Source: Malacoraja senta (Eukaryota). Taken from it: 64,000 bases of DNA. Position numbers and translations under genes: made by a program. The number at the start of each line of letters is the position of its first letter. Positions within the stretch are counted from its first letter, which is position 1. Shown one piece after another: positions 44,084 to 59,000 of the stretch. Location of the stretch: assembly GCA_038087875.1 (NCBI GenBank), contig CM075989.1, positions 19,160,001 to 19,224,000 on the forward strand. Reading direction: 5' to 3'. Below the pieces are notes generated by a model. The model saw only the letters and a list, made by a program, of their open reading frames with translations, was not told where the DNA came from and made no database searches.

Positions 44084-47000
44084 CTTCATTAAAAAAAAAC
44101 AAAAAAAAACGTTAAAAATATGATACGATAGAACTTTATTTATCCCAGGAGGAAAATTGATCTGCCAACAGTCATTAAAACACAGAATACACAAAACACA
44201 TGAGATTAAAGTGATGAGTGGAAAGGCTTGGGGGTTGTACAAAGGTTGGGGAGGGTGGGGGGGTCAGTCTCAGTCTACCCCACGGCAGAAGGGGGAGGAG
44301 TTGTACAGTTTGATAGCCACAGGGAAGAAGGATCTCCTGTGGCGTTCTATGCTGCATCTTGGTGGAACCAGTCTGTTGCTGAAGATGCTCCTCAGGTTGA
44401 CCAGTGTGTCATGGAGGGGGTGAGCTATGAAATAATAAGATGGAAGGGAGACCATCCGGACTATATTGAATGCACTTGTAACGTTGTCGGCGCCCTATAC
44501 GTGGCGACTCTTTGCATACTTGAATGCAAAACAAGAAATTAGTTTAGTTTAGTAGAGAGATACAGCGTGGAAACAGGCCCTTCGGCCCATTGAGTCCATG
44601 CCAACCAACGATCATTCGTTCACACTAGTTCTACGTTATCCCAGTTTCACATCCTACATACTAGGGGCAAACTTACAGAGGCCAAGTAGCCGACAAACCT
44701 GCACATCTCTGGAATGTGGAAGGAAACCTGGAGCACCCGGGGAAAACCCACGCAGTCACAGGGAGAACGTACGAGACAGCACCCGTAGTCAGGATCGAAC
44801 CCGTGCCTCTGGCACTGTAAGGCAGCAACTGTGCCACCCCACTAATGGATTATAAAAGTGATGAATAATGTTTAAGAAAATTGGAACATAAACTTTAATA
44901 TTCAAACAGAAAGTAAAGTTGTTTCTAATGGACATTGGGGATATAAAGAGTGAACCTGGGGTTCAGACACGAATGTTGTTCCTTACCTCCTCTCCACTGT
45001 ACTGCTTGAGACAGTTCAGAAAGTGCACACTGTTTGAAAGCCAGAAAGACAGCATCTCAAAATCTTCATTGTGATTCTGCGAAATACAGCAAGATTTGTA
45101 AGATTAAACATTAGCAAAATCTCATCTAACTTTCTTTAAAAAAGAGACAAAAGGAACTGCAGATGCTGGAGTCTTGAACAAAAATCAAAGTGCTGCAGGA
45201 ACTCAGCGGGTCAGGCAGCATCTGTGGAGGGAATGGACAGACGAGGTTTAGGGTCAGGATTCTGATTGGAATAACATGACCCCACCTCTCTTTTCCAGCT
45301 TTCTCCCCCCCCCCCCTCGGCTCCATCGGTCTGAAAAATCCTCAAACTGAAATGTTGTCTGTCCACAGATGATGTATGACTCACTGAATTCCACCAGCAC
45401 TTTGTTTTATTCTAATATCATGTTATTTTTTCACAGAGAGAGACAGAGAGACAGAGATAGACATAGAGACACAGAGGGGGACACAGAGGGAGGGGGGACA
45501 CAGAGGGAGGGGGACACAGAGGGAGGGGGGACACAGAGGGAGGGGGACACAGAGGGAGGGGGGACACAGAGGGAGGGGGGACACAGAGGGAGGGGGGACA
45601 CAGAGGGAGGGGGGACACAGAGGGAGGGGGGACACAGAGGGAGGGGGGACACAGAGGGAGGGGGGACACAGAGGGAGGGGGGACACAGAGGGGGGGGACA
45701 CAGAGGGGGGGGACACAGAGAGGGGGACAGAGAGAGGTGAGGGGGACAGAGAGGTGAGGGGGACAGAGAGGTGAGGGGGACAGAGAGGTGAGGGGGACAG
45801 AGAGGTGAGGGGGACAGAGAGGTGAGGGGGACAGAGAGGTGAGGGGGACAGAGAGGTGAGGGGGACAGAGAGGTGAGGGGGACAGAGAGGTGAGGGGGAG
45901 GGGGGGGAGGGGGGGGGGAGGGGAGGGGGGGGAGGGTTAAGTTTTAATGCATTGAATTAATTCATAATCCCATGCAATGATTTCAAAATTTCAGTTCCTA
46001 ATATTAAATCTACAACAGGCTCGTTTTGCTTTATGGTTGAAGTTAAAGGTCTCTTTAAGTTAATTTAAAAAAAAAAAACAAATCATATCTTGTAATATTT
46101 TATCTACCTTGGTGACGTCTTTGATCCCACCGATGATGGAGTTCATCAGGGATTTCAACATGTCTGCATCGTTGCTGTCATCAGCGTAGCGTACACACAT
46201 GAAGAGAAGGTATGCGGGCAGCCCCGGGATCATGCTCACCACCACACCCTGTGGCTTCAGCCCTAACAGTAAAACAAAGGAGAATAGTCAGTAATCCGAA
46301 GTAAAATAACTATTTAGTATTTCCAGTCAAACCTACAGCCACCAGAAAAACTGAATGTTAAAGCTAGATGTGACACCAATTACAATAACTCAGATGCCCA
46401 GGAACGAAAGAGGCTTCAGAGAGTGGTCGACAATGCTCAGTCCATCACATGTACTGACCTCCCCACCATCGAAGCGATCTACAGGAGGCTCTGCCTGAAC
46501 AAGCCAGCAATATCATCCAAGACTCTCACCGCCCTGGACACGCTCTCATCTCGCCACTACCATCAGGAGTGCAGGAGCCTCAAACACCATGATCACTAGA
46601 TTCAGGAACAGCTGCTTCCAGCAACTATTCGGGTCCTAAACACCATATATATGAACCTCAGCAACAATGGACTTCTATGGACTGTTGCTATTGAGGGAGT
46701 GCAGCGTAGGTTTACAAGGTTAATTCCCGGGATGGCGGGACTGTCATATGCTAAGAGAATGGAGCAGCTGGGCTTGTACACTCTGGAGTTTAGAAGGATG
46801 AGAGGATATCTCATTGAAACACATAAGATTGTTAAGGGTTTAGACACGCTAGAGGCAGGAAACCTGATCCCGATATTGGGGGAGTCCAGAACCAGGGGCC
46901 ACAGTTTAAGAATAAGGAGTAAGCCATTTAGAATGGAGACGAGGAAACATTTTTTCTCACAGAGAGTGGTGAGTCTGTGGAATTCTCTGCCTCAGAGGGC

Positions 47001-50000
47001 AGTGGAGGCAGGTTCTCTGGATGCTTTCAAGAGAGACCTAGATAGGGCTCTTAAAGATAGCGGAGTCAGGGGATATGGGGAGAAGGCAGGAACGGGGTAC
47101 TGATTGGGAATGATCAGCCATGATCACATTGAATGGCAGAGCTGGCTCGAAGGGCCGAATGGCCTACTCCTGCACCTGTTGTCTATTGTCTAAGGTTACA
47201 CGACGGCCTTTGGTTTTGCGCTATTGTTATTTAATATTATTGATTATTCATTTATTGTGCAGGTCCATCACCGATTTTCTGGCAACTAGTGGTCTGGCAC
47301 CTCCTCTAATCATGTCAAAATTACGAGAGCGTACATTAAACCCCCCCCCCCTCTGCCAGAAATCCCCCCCCAAAATGTGGTGCCAAGGCCGGGTGAGGCG
47401 GCCCATCTCGACCTCATCGGGACGTCCATGTTGAGCCGGGTGGAATCTGCTCCCTGCGGCCGAGGCTCTGGAACTCCAGCCTGGCCGGAGCCGGCAGATC
47501 CGTTCCCATTGCCGACTTCCACAGCCGACTTTGCGGGGCCAGTATCCCGGCCCCCCCCCGCGGCCTAGGCGGAACATTCCGGTGCTGTTGGACTCCTCTC
47601 GGAAGCCGTGACCTCTGTGGTCCAGCAAAACGGCTAATCCAGAAAAGCTCTGGAAAAGGGTGCCGGAAAATCGGTGGTGGACCTGTATCATATACTTACT
47701 ACATTTAGTTTGTGAGATACCACATTAAACGACCTGCAAGCTGCAAGAATGTTATTGCTGGAGCTTTCAACAAATTCAATCAATCAATGCCGTGAAATGG
47801 TTAGGATTTTACAGGCTGAGAAAAGGCCGGGAAGTGACTCTTTTTAATTTTATTATATGATTGGTGGGACGGGAGAAGGGAATTATGATGGGAATTGTTT
47901 ATTTACGTTCACCAACACCAATGTTTCTATCTCCTTCCGTTGGCAATCAAGAAGGAATTAATTTATGGGCGGCACAGCGGTAGAGTTGCAGCCTTACAGC
48001 GCCAGAGACCCGGGTTCCATCCCGACTACGGGTGCTGTCTGTACGGAGTTTGTACGTTCTCCCCGTGACCTGCGCGGGTTTTCTCAGAGATCTTCGGTTT
48101 CCTCCCACACTCCAAAGACGTGGGTCTTTGTAGGTTTGTAGGTTAATTGGCTTGGTATCAACGTAAAATTGTCACTAGTGTGTGCAGGATAGTGTCAATG
48201 TGCAGGTACGGACTAGAAGGGCCAAAGGGCCTGTTTCCGTGCTGTATCTCTAAACCAAACTTTACCCAGAATTAGATTTTTGATGAGTTTCTCTTCGTCT
48301 ACGGTTTTGCATTCCAGCATTCCAAGATACTCCTTCCTCGAAACCAGACTGGCGTTCACATTGGTCTGATTGACTGTGGAAATGAGACAAACATTTACAG
48401 GCAAATCAAATTCTCCTGTTCAAGGCATTTATAATCCCTGCATCTCCCGTGACCGTGTGACCCAACTTTAGAGCTATTATCATGTTTGAAGTAGCAGCAT
48501 TAATGCATCAAATGTCAACTGCAGAGAAATGAGACTGCAGATGCTGGAATCTTGGGAGAAAAACACAATGTGCTGGAGGAACTCGGCAGGTGAGGCAGCG
48601 TCTGTGGATGGAAATGGATACATGTCGAGACCCTTCTTCAGACTGATGGAGTGGGGTGGGGGGGGGAGGGGACTGGAATGGAGAGGTGGGGGTGGGGCAA
48701 AGCCTGGCAAGTGATAGGTGGATACAGGCAAGGTGGGTGATTGGCAGATGGGTGGAGTGAGTGACAAAGGCTAAAGGTGAATAGGAGACAAGAGGAATGA
48801 GGAAGCAGAGGATAGAGAATGAAATGGAATGAAATATGAAGCCAGGGGGAGGGATATGGGTGGAAGGAGACACCCTTCTACTTTCCCCTCCTCTACACGC
48901 TCATCTCCAACCCCCGATTCTTTCATTTCCCTTTCATCCACCATCTTTCCAGTCCCTCCCCCTCCATCAGTCAGAGAAGTTTCCTAACCCGAGATGTCGT
49001 CTGTCCATTCCCTTCACAGATGCTGCCTGACCTGTTGAGTCCCTCCAGCACTTTGTGTTTTACTCAGTTATCAACCGGGCTCTTCTTTTATCTTTAATAA
49101 CTATCCCTTGATCACAAACGTCAAGGTAGATAATTACCATTTCCCCCCTACGACCTATAACTCGGTGGCGCAGCTGGCAGAGCCACTGCCTCACAGCGCC
49201 AGAGACCCAGGTTTGATCCTGACCTCGGGTGCTGTCTGTGCGGAGTTTGCACATTCTCCCTGTGACCAGGTGGGCTTCCTCCGGGTGCTCAGGTTTCCTC
49301 CCACATCCCGAAGACTTGCGTGTTTATAGGAGAATTGTCCTCTGCAAGTTTCCCCCGACTGATCAGGGAGGGGATGAGAAAGTGGGATAACAGAGAACTG
49401 GTGTGGACGGGCGATCGATGGTCAGTGGGGCTCGACAGGCCGAAGGGGCCGTTTCTGTGCTGTATCTCGAAACTAAAATTAACCATCATTTTGAGATGGA
49501 ATCCTTGTTCCATACCTTTATCAGCTGTTTTGGTTAACGACTTGATCTGATTCTGTAACTTCTTTATTTGCCTATCTTTCTGCTCCAGTTGTTCCTCAAG
49601 ATCCTTCAAAACAAAACAGAAGTAGGATTATTGCTCTGCTGATATTAATGTTCAGTGTCTGATTAATACAACACGGGTTCTCAGCGTGGTGCTACATGCA
49701 AGATATCTTCTCCAAAACCAAATGTAGTTTAATAGCAGAATTTATTGAGGATAAAATGAACTGTTCACTTTCAGATTAGTTGAAACACAGAAACATAGAA
49801 AATAGGTGCAGGAGGAGGACATTTGGCCCTTCGAGCCAGCACCGCCATTCATTGTGATCATGGCTGATCGTCCCCAATCAATAACCCGTGCCTGCCTTCT
49901 CCCCATATCCCTCGATTCCACTAGCCCCACTAGAAACAATTTATCGTCAAGTGAGTTTGACAGATTATTTTAACCTATTGTTATCCATATAGTTTTTACC

Positions 50001-53000
50001 CATAGAGATTCTAATCCAATAAAGATGTTTCTTAAATTTTAATGAAAACATTTAAAAAAGAAAATAATTCCTATTTATCTCCTAATTATTCGATTACTTT
50101 ACAATTTATAATGCCATAAATATCTGCAATAAACATTTAATTTATCAGTCAAATTAAGAATGGCCTCTGTCTGTGACATATGTTCACCATCACTGGAGCA
50201 TATCATACAGTACATGTTCTATGTTGTTGATAGGAGTATTGAAATGCCCATTGTATGTAGGACACAAGGGACTGCAGATGCTGGAATCTTCAGCAAAACA
50301 AAAAGTGCTGGAGGAACTCAGAGGGCCAGGCAGCATCCGGAGCGGAAATGTTGAAACATTGTCTGTCCATTCTCTCCCCAGATGCTGTCTGACCCGTTGA
50401 GCATCGTGTGTTCTGCCCTTTGTATTTAATCAAGTCCGAACCCCCCTAGAGGTGATGTTGAAATTCACACTAGTGAACACAAGGAACTGCAGAAGCTGGA
50501 TTCTTGAGCAAATAATACAAAGTGCTGGAGTAACTCGGCAGTTCAGGCGATATCTCCAGAAACGTCACCTATTCCTTCTCTCACCGAGTTACTCCAGCAT
50601 TTTGTGCCGGTCTTCAGAGGACATGGATCAGCGACGTTTTGGGTTGGGAACGGTCTGAAGAAGGTTCCCGATCTGAAACGTCGCCAATCCATGACCTCAA
50701 GTGATGCAGTAAAGGAGAAAGAATTAGAGTCTGGAAGATGATGAGAGAGAGTCAATGTTCATAAGTGATAGGAGCGGAATTAGGCCAATCGGCCCCATCA
50801 AGTATACTTCACCATTCAATCATGGCTGATTTATCTCTCCCTCCCAACCCCATTCTCCTGCCTTCTAACCATAACCTCTGACACCCTCTCTGATCCTCCA
50901 GCCTACCTCGCTGCAGGCGAGTGCACTTTGTTAACCTGCACTTTCCCTGTGGCTCTAACGCTATCACCTGCGCTATTTTCTACGTCTCGCTGCCTTACGC
51001 CCCCGGGTGCGGTCAGTCTGGTCTCCTCGTGGGGTAAACAGGACATAGTTTACCAGTGGATGTGGTGGGCATGGTTTCAATGCCCGCGAGTAATGGCAGA
51101 GTGCCAGGGCCAACATTATGCTGACTAACTCCAGCACTTTATGTTTTCATGCTTGGAACTCAGACCTTTTTGGTTCATTCTTCTTGTTAGGCTGCTGTGC
51201 GAGAAATTAAAATGTTTTTAAAGTTTTCCACCTACATCCACAAAGCACCCCAAAACTCACCGAGTTTTCCATGGTTAACTGCGATGCTTCCTTCTGCATC
51301 TTGCTGCTGATTGTGCTATCGGTTTTTGTACGATTCAGCAGCTGGTAATTCTCATTCTGAAGTTGTCTGAATTTTGCAACCAACTCCACATTCTCCTTTG
51401 CACTGTTATCTTTCTCAGACTCTAACAATCTATATATTGTTGACAAATTGAGAACAACATTTGTTACTGGGCTGCGTGGAATTAACGAACGCTGATATTT
51501 TCATTAGACACGGATGTTGGGGAATTTGCTGTTCGATTTAAATAGCAAGTGATTTAGTGCTCTGGGACTTCCTAGTGTGGTTATAAATAAGGAAACAAAC
51601 AGAACGATTAACATTTGGGGCTGATTTCAGTTATAAAATAACGGAAGATGGTCCAGAACTAAATGTGTTTCAAAAGAAACTAATAGACTATGGGTTAATA
51701 ACTGGAAAAAAAGCTAATTCTAAAATTTTGGAAGAAGGCCCCAATACCAACTATAAACATGTGGATTTCAAATAGGTTTGAAACATTACACCTAGAAGAG
51801 ATAAGACTCCTCCTAGCAGGTAAACCAGATCACTTCCACCTGACGTGGTCTGCATTTATAGAATTATTACAAATATAGTGTGCAAAGGTACATTTAAAAA
51901 AAATTGAGGTCAGGTAAGGGGGGGATGATAGTTGAAGAGTTGGTATGTCCCATTTACGTAATGCTCATAAAAATATCTGTTTCTCTCTTTTTTCTCTTTC
52001 TCTTTCTCTTTCTTTTCTAGGGTCTATTTCTTAACTCTTTTTCTTTTGTTTTTAATTTTGCTCTTATAGGGTCTTCGTCCTTTTTTGTTGTCACATTTTC
52101 TACACTCTCACTTTTTCCTTCACTTTCTTCTTTCTTTCAATCTTTTCCTTTTCTAGTGTAAAAAATAAATGGAGTACATTAATTGTAAGAAGACATAAGT
52201 GACGAGTACTAATGTATGTGGTTGTAATGTAATGTACTTCTAATAAATAAAAAATAAAAATAAAATAATAATAAAAAAAAATAAAAAAAAATAACTGAAA
52301 CTATTCATCATGAAAATCGAGTTAAACGGAAGTTAAAAATACCACTGAATCTCTGTGAGTTTTTATTCTTGGCATTGTCTCTTGCGAGTTATTGGCAAGG
52401 AACAAGCATTATAAATCATATCTCATTACTTAATTACCCTTCTAGAAGGAGAAAAAGCCTATAAATTGCACTAGTTTATGTCATATGTGGAGAATACACA
52501 TGACAGCTTTTCAATTTAGATTTTACAAAAGATTTCTTGGAATCCGCTCAGAAATTTCTATTTTTATTTACAAAATCAAATCGAGCAGTGGTATCATTGA
52601 AGATTGGCTTTGGCACCACTGGAGGCTTTTAATTAAGACGCTGATCATGCATTTCAGCGGGAATGTCTGGAGAGCTTGCAAGCAACAGTATAATCTGAAG
52701 AAGGGTCTCGACCCGAAACGTCACCCATTGCTTCTCTCCAGAGACGACGCCTATCCCGCTGAGTTACTCCAGCTTTTTTTGGTGCCTATCTTGATCAATG
52801 GTATAATTTCAGGCACTTTCAGTGGAGAGAATATCTGCAGCAACTAGCATAGTAATCGATGCAAGACAAGGTTAAGCCCTAATGAAATGCACTAATATTA
52901 GACTTATCACACCTTCTTTGGGCGCCTTCATCTTCAAGACTGCCTTGCAATTGATCAGTAACTTCGTCCATTTTCTCTGCAAGTTGCAATTATTTGTAAT

Positions 53001-56000
53001 TAATACATGCAAAGCTGGATTTTTTTTTTTTTTTTTTAAAAGAGATATTGATGACTGCAAAACTTTAATTGAAGTGTAAAAAGTCGACAAAGCACAACAT
53101 TAAGTTGTGCGCTTGAGATGAACGCTGTGCGGCACATATAGTCACCTTTCATTTTCACAACCTGCCCCTTCAGGTGGCTCTCAATGTCTTGTTTCTCTTT
53201 GTGTAGCTCTAGGATCTGCAGTTTGAGTTCGGGAATAACCTGATGTACACAAAAATGGTTTACTCCAAAGAACATCAATTCAATACCATCAACAACATAG
53301 ATTGTGCCGCAGCTCAGTGTGATCATCAGGTCATAAGTGATAGTGGAAGAATGAGGCCATTCGGCCCATCAAGTCTACTCCGCCACTCAATCGTGGCTGA
53401 TTTATCTCTCCCTCTCAGCCCCATTCTCACCCTAACCCCAGACAACCGTATTAATCAAGAATCTATCTATCTCTGCCTTAAAAATACCCATTGACTAAAT
53501 ACTCCACAGCATCCTGTGGCAAAGAATTCCACAGATTCACCACCCTCTGACCAAAGAAATCAACGAGCCAATGCTGGAATAGCCCTGAGAAGGAAAATAG
53601 CTCTGCATTAATGATACTCTGGAGACACTGACACAGAGTCGGTTTGTGGGTTTGTAGCACATTGACAGGGCATTCATACATTCATTCTTTACACAGAGAG
53701 TGGCAAGCGCCTGGAATCGTTCCCAGGGATGGTGGTGGAGCCAATTCAAAAGCCTTTTTAACATTATATAGTGATGGTAAAAAAGGTTTTTAGATAGGCA
53801 CATGGATACGCAGGGAATGGAGGGATATGGACCACGTGCAGGCAGGATTTAACGCGGACACTCTGGGCTGACGGGCCTGCTTTATGTCATATGCTCACGT
53901 TTATAAATCAATTTCTCTTTCATGCTCCCTGCATTTTTTTTTTTTTTTTTTTACACAGATCTACCACCGATTTTACGGTACCCTTGATTCCAGAGCTCTT
54001 TCTGGATTAGTCTGAAGAAGGGTCTCGACCCGAAACATCACCCACTCCTTCTCCCCAGAGATGCTGCCCAACCCGCTGAGTTACTCCAGCACTTTGTGTC
54101 TACCTTCGGTTTAAACCAGCATCTGCAGTTCCTTCCCACACTCTTTCTGGATTGCCCGTTTTTCCTGACCAACAGAGGTCACGGCCTTCGAGAGGAGTCC
54201 AACGGTACTGGAACGATCCGCCAACGCTGCTGAGGAGCCGAGACAAAGTGGACCTCAGACGATGGATGTGGGAACTGCCAAGTAGGAGTTCCAGAAGATG
54301 ATGAGTTGGTAATTGGACAAGGGGAACTTCAGCTTATTTCCCCGTCGTATACCCTTACTATCCTTTCATCATATATTTCTTCGATCTCCCATGACATAGA
54401 TGGCCGTTCGGCCCATCAAGACCCTGCTGGCTTTTAGAGCAATCACCCACCTTTTTTCCCCTGTCAGCTCTCTTTCTCCCACCATCCAACTACAGCAAGG
54501 GTTATTTAGAGTTCCAAGGAGTCCAACATATCTTTCAAACACGGGAGGAAACACGAGAAGCCGTGGGAAACCCACGTGGCTCCACTGGGTCTTGTGCCTG
54601 GAGTTTAGTTGATGAAGTGAATGGGTTGATTCAGATGGATCAGGCCACCAAACAGTGTCGCAGAGTCATACAGCATGGAAACAGGCCCCCTGGCCCAACT
54701 TGCCCCATCTACACTGGACCCACCTGCCTGCGTTTGGCCCATATCCCTCTAAACCTTTCCTATCCATGTACCTGTCGAAATGTTTCTTAAACGTTGTGAT
54801 AGTCCCTGCATCAACTTTATCCTCCAGCATCTTGTTCCATACACCCACCACCCTTTGTGTAAAACAAGTCGCTCCTCAGGTTCTTAGACCTTACTCCTCA
54901 CTTTAAACCTACGTTATCTGGTTCTTGACTCCCCTACTCTGGGTAAAAGATATGTGCATTTGCCCTATCTATTCCCCTCACGATCAGACACCTCTATCAG
55001 CTTCTGGCGCTCCAAGGAACGAAGTCATAGCCTGCTCAACTTAGCAAGATAGAAAATAGGTGCAGGAGTAGGCCATTCGGCCCTTCGAGCCAGCACCGTC
55101 ATTCAATATGATCATGGCTGATCATCTAAAATCCCCATTCCTGCTTTCTCCCCATATCCCTTGATTCCATTAGCCCTAAGAGCTAAATCTAACTCTGTCT
55201 ATAGCTTCTGTCTATCTAACTATTGTCTACAGCTCAGGCCCTTGAGTCCCCGCAACATCCTCGTTAATCTTCACTGCACCCTTTCCAGCTTACCAACATC
55301 TTGTACGGCCATATCATTGGACACAAACAGGAATGCTCACTGCTGCCTCATGAGACCAGGTTCGCAAACTCTCAACTAACCCAACTTGGATTTTGCTCAA
55401 AGGCTTGGGAGGGATTCACCTGCTTGGTCCCACCACTCAAGTCTCTTGCCCAGAGTAGGGGAATCGAGGACCAGAGGACATAGGTTCAAGGTGAAGGGGA
55501 AAAGATTTAATAGGAATCTGAGGGGTAACTTTTTCCACACAAAGGGTGGTGGGTGTATGGAACAAGCTTCCGGAGGAGGTAGTTGAGGCAGGGACTATCC
55601 CAATGTTTAAGAAACAGTTGGACCGGTACATGGATAGGACAGGTTTGGAGGGATATGGACCAAGTGCAGGCAGGTGGGGCTGGTGTAGCTGGGACATGTT
55701 GGCCAGTGATGGCAAGTTGGGCCGAAGGGCCTGTTTCCACACTGTATCACTCTATGACTCCAAGAAGATATTTAACGCACCATGTTGTCATTGGCCAGTC
55801 TTGTCATCTCTAGCCGAACGTTCTCATTGGTGCGATTCTCTTCTTGTAGCCTCTGCTGCAGCAGGGTTGTCTGCTCACAGAGATCTCCAATCTTGAAACT
55901 GAGGTCTTCGATTTCCTTCTCGTAGTTCTCCTTCTGCGACTGTATATGCATCTCCATCACTCTGTGTAAAGTGCAGGCCCACATTAAATAGAGTCACACC

Positions 56001-59000
56001 ATGGGAATTACAAACGGCTCGTTAAATAACGCAAGACATAAAACTCTCCCGGAAGAGCCATCCATCAATAGTGTAAGGTCAGAAGAAGAAAGGTGAGTTT
56101 AGTTTGATAGCTCAGTCTGAAGAAGGGTCTCGACCCGAAACGTCAGCCATTCCTTCTCTCCAGAGATGCTGCCCGTCCCGCTGACTTACTCCAGCATTTT
56201 GTTATCTATCATCTATCGTTTAGTTTAGTTTCAAGAAACAGGTCCCACAGAGAAAACCCACACAGATGGGTGACCTTTCGGGTCAGGACCTGGTCATGGG
56301 GAGAACGTACAAACTCAGTGCAGACAGCATCCGTAGTCAGGATCGAACCCAGGTCTCTGGCGCTGTGAGGCAGCAGTCTGTGCTATCCTTCTTCAGACTG
56401 ATTGTGGTGGGGGAGGGCGGGGGAAGAAAACTAGAAGAGAGGGGGGGCAGTACAAAGTGTGTCAAATATTACATGGATACAGGTTTGGGGGGGGGGGGGG
56501 TTAATTGGCAGATGTTTGGACAAAGGCTGGAGATCAAATGATTAAAAGTGTAAGGAGATAAGGATAGAAGAGGTGCGAATTGTGAAGCTGGAGGAAGGAA
56601 TATACGTGGGAGGGGAGGGGGGGGGGGGGGGGTGAAATGGTTGTGAATCCAGGTGGGCCACAGAGAACAGGGGGGGAGGGGTAGGGGGGGGGATAAGCCA
56701 GGCTACAAATCCCTCTTCTGTATCCACTTATCACTTGCCAGTCTCCGTCCTGACCTCGCCTCCCTTCCAGCTTTCTTCCCCCCCCCCCCACCTACAAACA
56801 GTCTGAAGAAGGGTCCCGACCCGAAACATTACCAATCCATGTTCTCCGTTGATGCAGCCTGGCCCGCTGAGTTACTCCAGCACTTTGTGTTTTTCTTTGG
56901 TATAAATCAGCGTCTGCTGTTCCTTGTTATAGCCAATATTTCATTTTTATCCAATTGTACTTAAAGCCCAGTAATTAATGGATAGCTGCCACAGCAGCAT
57001 AAGTGTATATCAAGAAGATTATACTCTGTCCATTACCATATACTCTATGAACATTAATATGAAGCACTTTACCAGAGTCAATGCTATAAGTGTACTGTTC
57101 TCACAATATTTACTCTGCTCTGGGAGACACAAGTACATCCATAATTGCCATATGCAGATATTAATGCCATGCTATTGCATAAAACACCAATAAATAAATC
57201 TGTAACATTATCATCATCTACTTAAAAAGGGATCTATTCATGTTATTACCTGCTGGCTCTTTTCAATCCTTCATAGGCCATCCAGAGTTCTCCGTCTTCA
57301 TTCAGCTGCTCCACGTCCTCCGGAGAAAGCCTTCAATTAAACAGAATTTTACGAATCATGCACATTCTTTTGCAACATTTAATCATGTTTTTTAATCAAA
57401 ACACCATGTGTGTAAGAAGGAACTGCAGATGCTGGTTGAAACCAAAGATAGACACAAAAAGCTGGAGTAACTCAGCGGGACAGGCAGCATCGCTGAGTTA
57501 CTCCAGCATTTTGAGTCTATCTTTGGTTTAGTTTGGTCGGTCCGCAATAACCAACCTGACCTCCCGGTGGCTCAGCACTTCAACTCCCCCTCCCATTCCG
57601 TATCTGACCTCTCTGTCCTGGGTCTCCTCCATGGCCACAGCGAGCAACACCGTAAATTGGAGGAAATGCACCTCGTATTCCGCTTGGGCAGTCTACATCC
57701 TGGGGGCTTGAACATTGAATTCTCCCAATTCTGCTAGCCCTTGCTGTCCCCTCCCCTTCATCAGCCATCTGGTTGTCTCCTCCCCTCCCCCAGCCCTCGG
57801 GCTCCTCCTCCGCCTTTTTCCATTTTTCCTTTCTTCTCCCAACCCCCTATCAGTCTGAAGAAGGGTTTCGGCCCGAAACGTTACCCATTTCCTTCGCTCC
57901 ATAGATGCTGCTGCACCCGCTGAGTTTCTCCAGCATTTTTGTTTACCTTTGGTTTAGTTTAGTTTAGTTTAGTGAAACAGCGTGGACACAGTCCCTTCGG
58001 CCCACCAGGTCCATGCCAACCATCGATTACCCATTCGCACTAGTTCTATACTATCCCACTTTCTCATCCCATTCCCTAAACATCAGTGGCAATTTGCAGA
58101 GGGCCAATAAACCCACAAATCCGCATGTCTTTGGGACGTGGGCGGAAACTGGAGCACCCGGAAGAAACCCACACGGTCGCAGGAAGAACGTGCAAACTCC
58201 ACACAGACAGCACCAGAGGTCAGAGGCTCTTCCAGCTACGCCACTGCGCCGCCCACACAGTGCTTTGCTCAAGATTCCAGCATCCGCGGTCTCGTGCGTC
58301 TTGATGAAAATGTTTACCTCTTTCGTAACTCTTCACCCTCAAGGCCGCCGAGAAGTTGCTGCGTGATCTCTTCCACTTTTTCTGTGAAACAGCGAGATTT
58401 AGTTTAGAGATGCAGCGCGGAAACAGGCTCATCGGCCCGCCGAGTCCACGCTGACCAGCGATCCCCGTACACTAGCACTATCCTACACCCACTAGGGACA
58501 ATTTACAATTGTTCCCAAGCCAATTAACCTACAAACCTGCACGTCCTTGGAGCGCGAGAGGAAACCAGAGCACCTGGAGAAAACCCACGCAGGTCACGGG
58601 GAGAACGTACAAATTCCACGCAGACAGCTCCCGTAGTCAGGATCGAACCTGGGTCTGTGCAGCTGTAAGGCAGCAACTCTACCAATACGCCACCCATGAT
58701 AATTGTACAATTTCACAACAGGGCAAGTTTGCAAAGGTTTATAATATCGCATGCGGCACGTTACATTTGCAATTTTGCTGACGATTTAGAATCAAATAAA
58801 ATGTCCAGTACAATTAGCACTACTTGCACCTAGGTCATCACCCTGAGAATCTCTGCATGGACAGCATCAGGGATTACGTTTATTATTGCTACGTGTACTG
58901 AGGTACAGCAAGTCAAGACACATTTATTTATATAGCACATTTAAAAAACAACTCTCGTTGGCCAAAGTGCTTTACATTTGTTATAAGAATAGCACAACAA

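Noticed and set aside
45466..45895. Regular repeats as a CRISPR-like array
   Set aside because: Head-to-tail minisatellite with no unique spacers, in a eukaryotic intron.
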